Assembly (NCBI GenBank): GCA_965369655.1
Contig: CBDUQR010000048.1
Coordinates: forward strand, 1-19,472
Direction: 5' to 3'
Length of the DNA: 19,472 nucleotides
DNA from: an uncultured bacterium
GTDB taxonomy: Bacteria > Zixibacteria > MSB-5A5 > JAABVY01 > JAHJOQ01
Within the stretch, counting starts at the first letter, position 1. The number at the start of each line of letters is the position of its first letter. The notes beneath the pieces were generated by a model. The model saw only the letters and a list, made by a program, of their open reading frames with translations, was not told where the DNA came from and searched no databases. Of this stretch, positions 19,425 through 19,472 are shown one piece after another. The translations under genes were made by a program, and so were the position numbers.

Positions 19425-19472
19425 CACATATATACCGCTATACTTTCTTCCACTTGTATGGTCTTGGATTGG

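Overview
Bacterial (diderm, LPS-producing) chromosomal window in which almost every gene is on the minus strand. Left end: a DUF5131 (phage Gp37/Gp68-like, three-Cys motif) gene running off the window and its usual partner TcmP, in AT-richer DNA. Then a housekeeping block: waaA-lpxK-nadB-guaA-polyprenyl diphosphate synthase. Divergent from waaA, a near-consensus sigma70 promoter (TTGACA-N17-TATACT) points into a ~480-nt stretch (8711-9190) with no credible ORF. This stretch folds, on the + strand specifically, into several multi-branched domains with repeated motifs and a possible alternative pairing. It is the best candidate for an undescribed element, a large structured ncRNA. The right half is an accessory-looking co-oriented run: TetR, a long structured leader, groES, a frameshifted groEL paralogue, a fasciclin protein, then a tightly coupled four-gene cluster (AdoMetDC-family pyruvoyl decarboxylase, CelD/BcsL-type GNAT, ATP-grasp ligase, fold-III PLP decarboxylase) with no aminopropyltransferase. 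A Zn-dependent alcohol dehydrogenase broken by an in-frame TAA and a small Zn-ribbon protein follow. All calls come from reading motifs by eye; no searches or folding programs were run.
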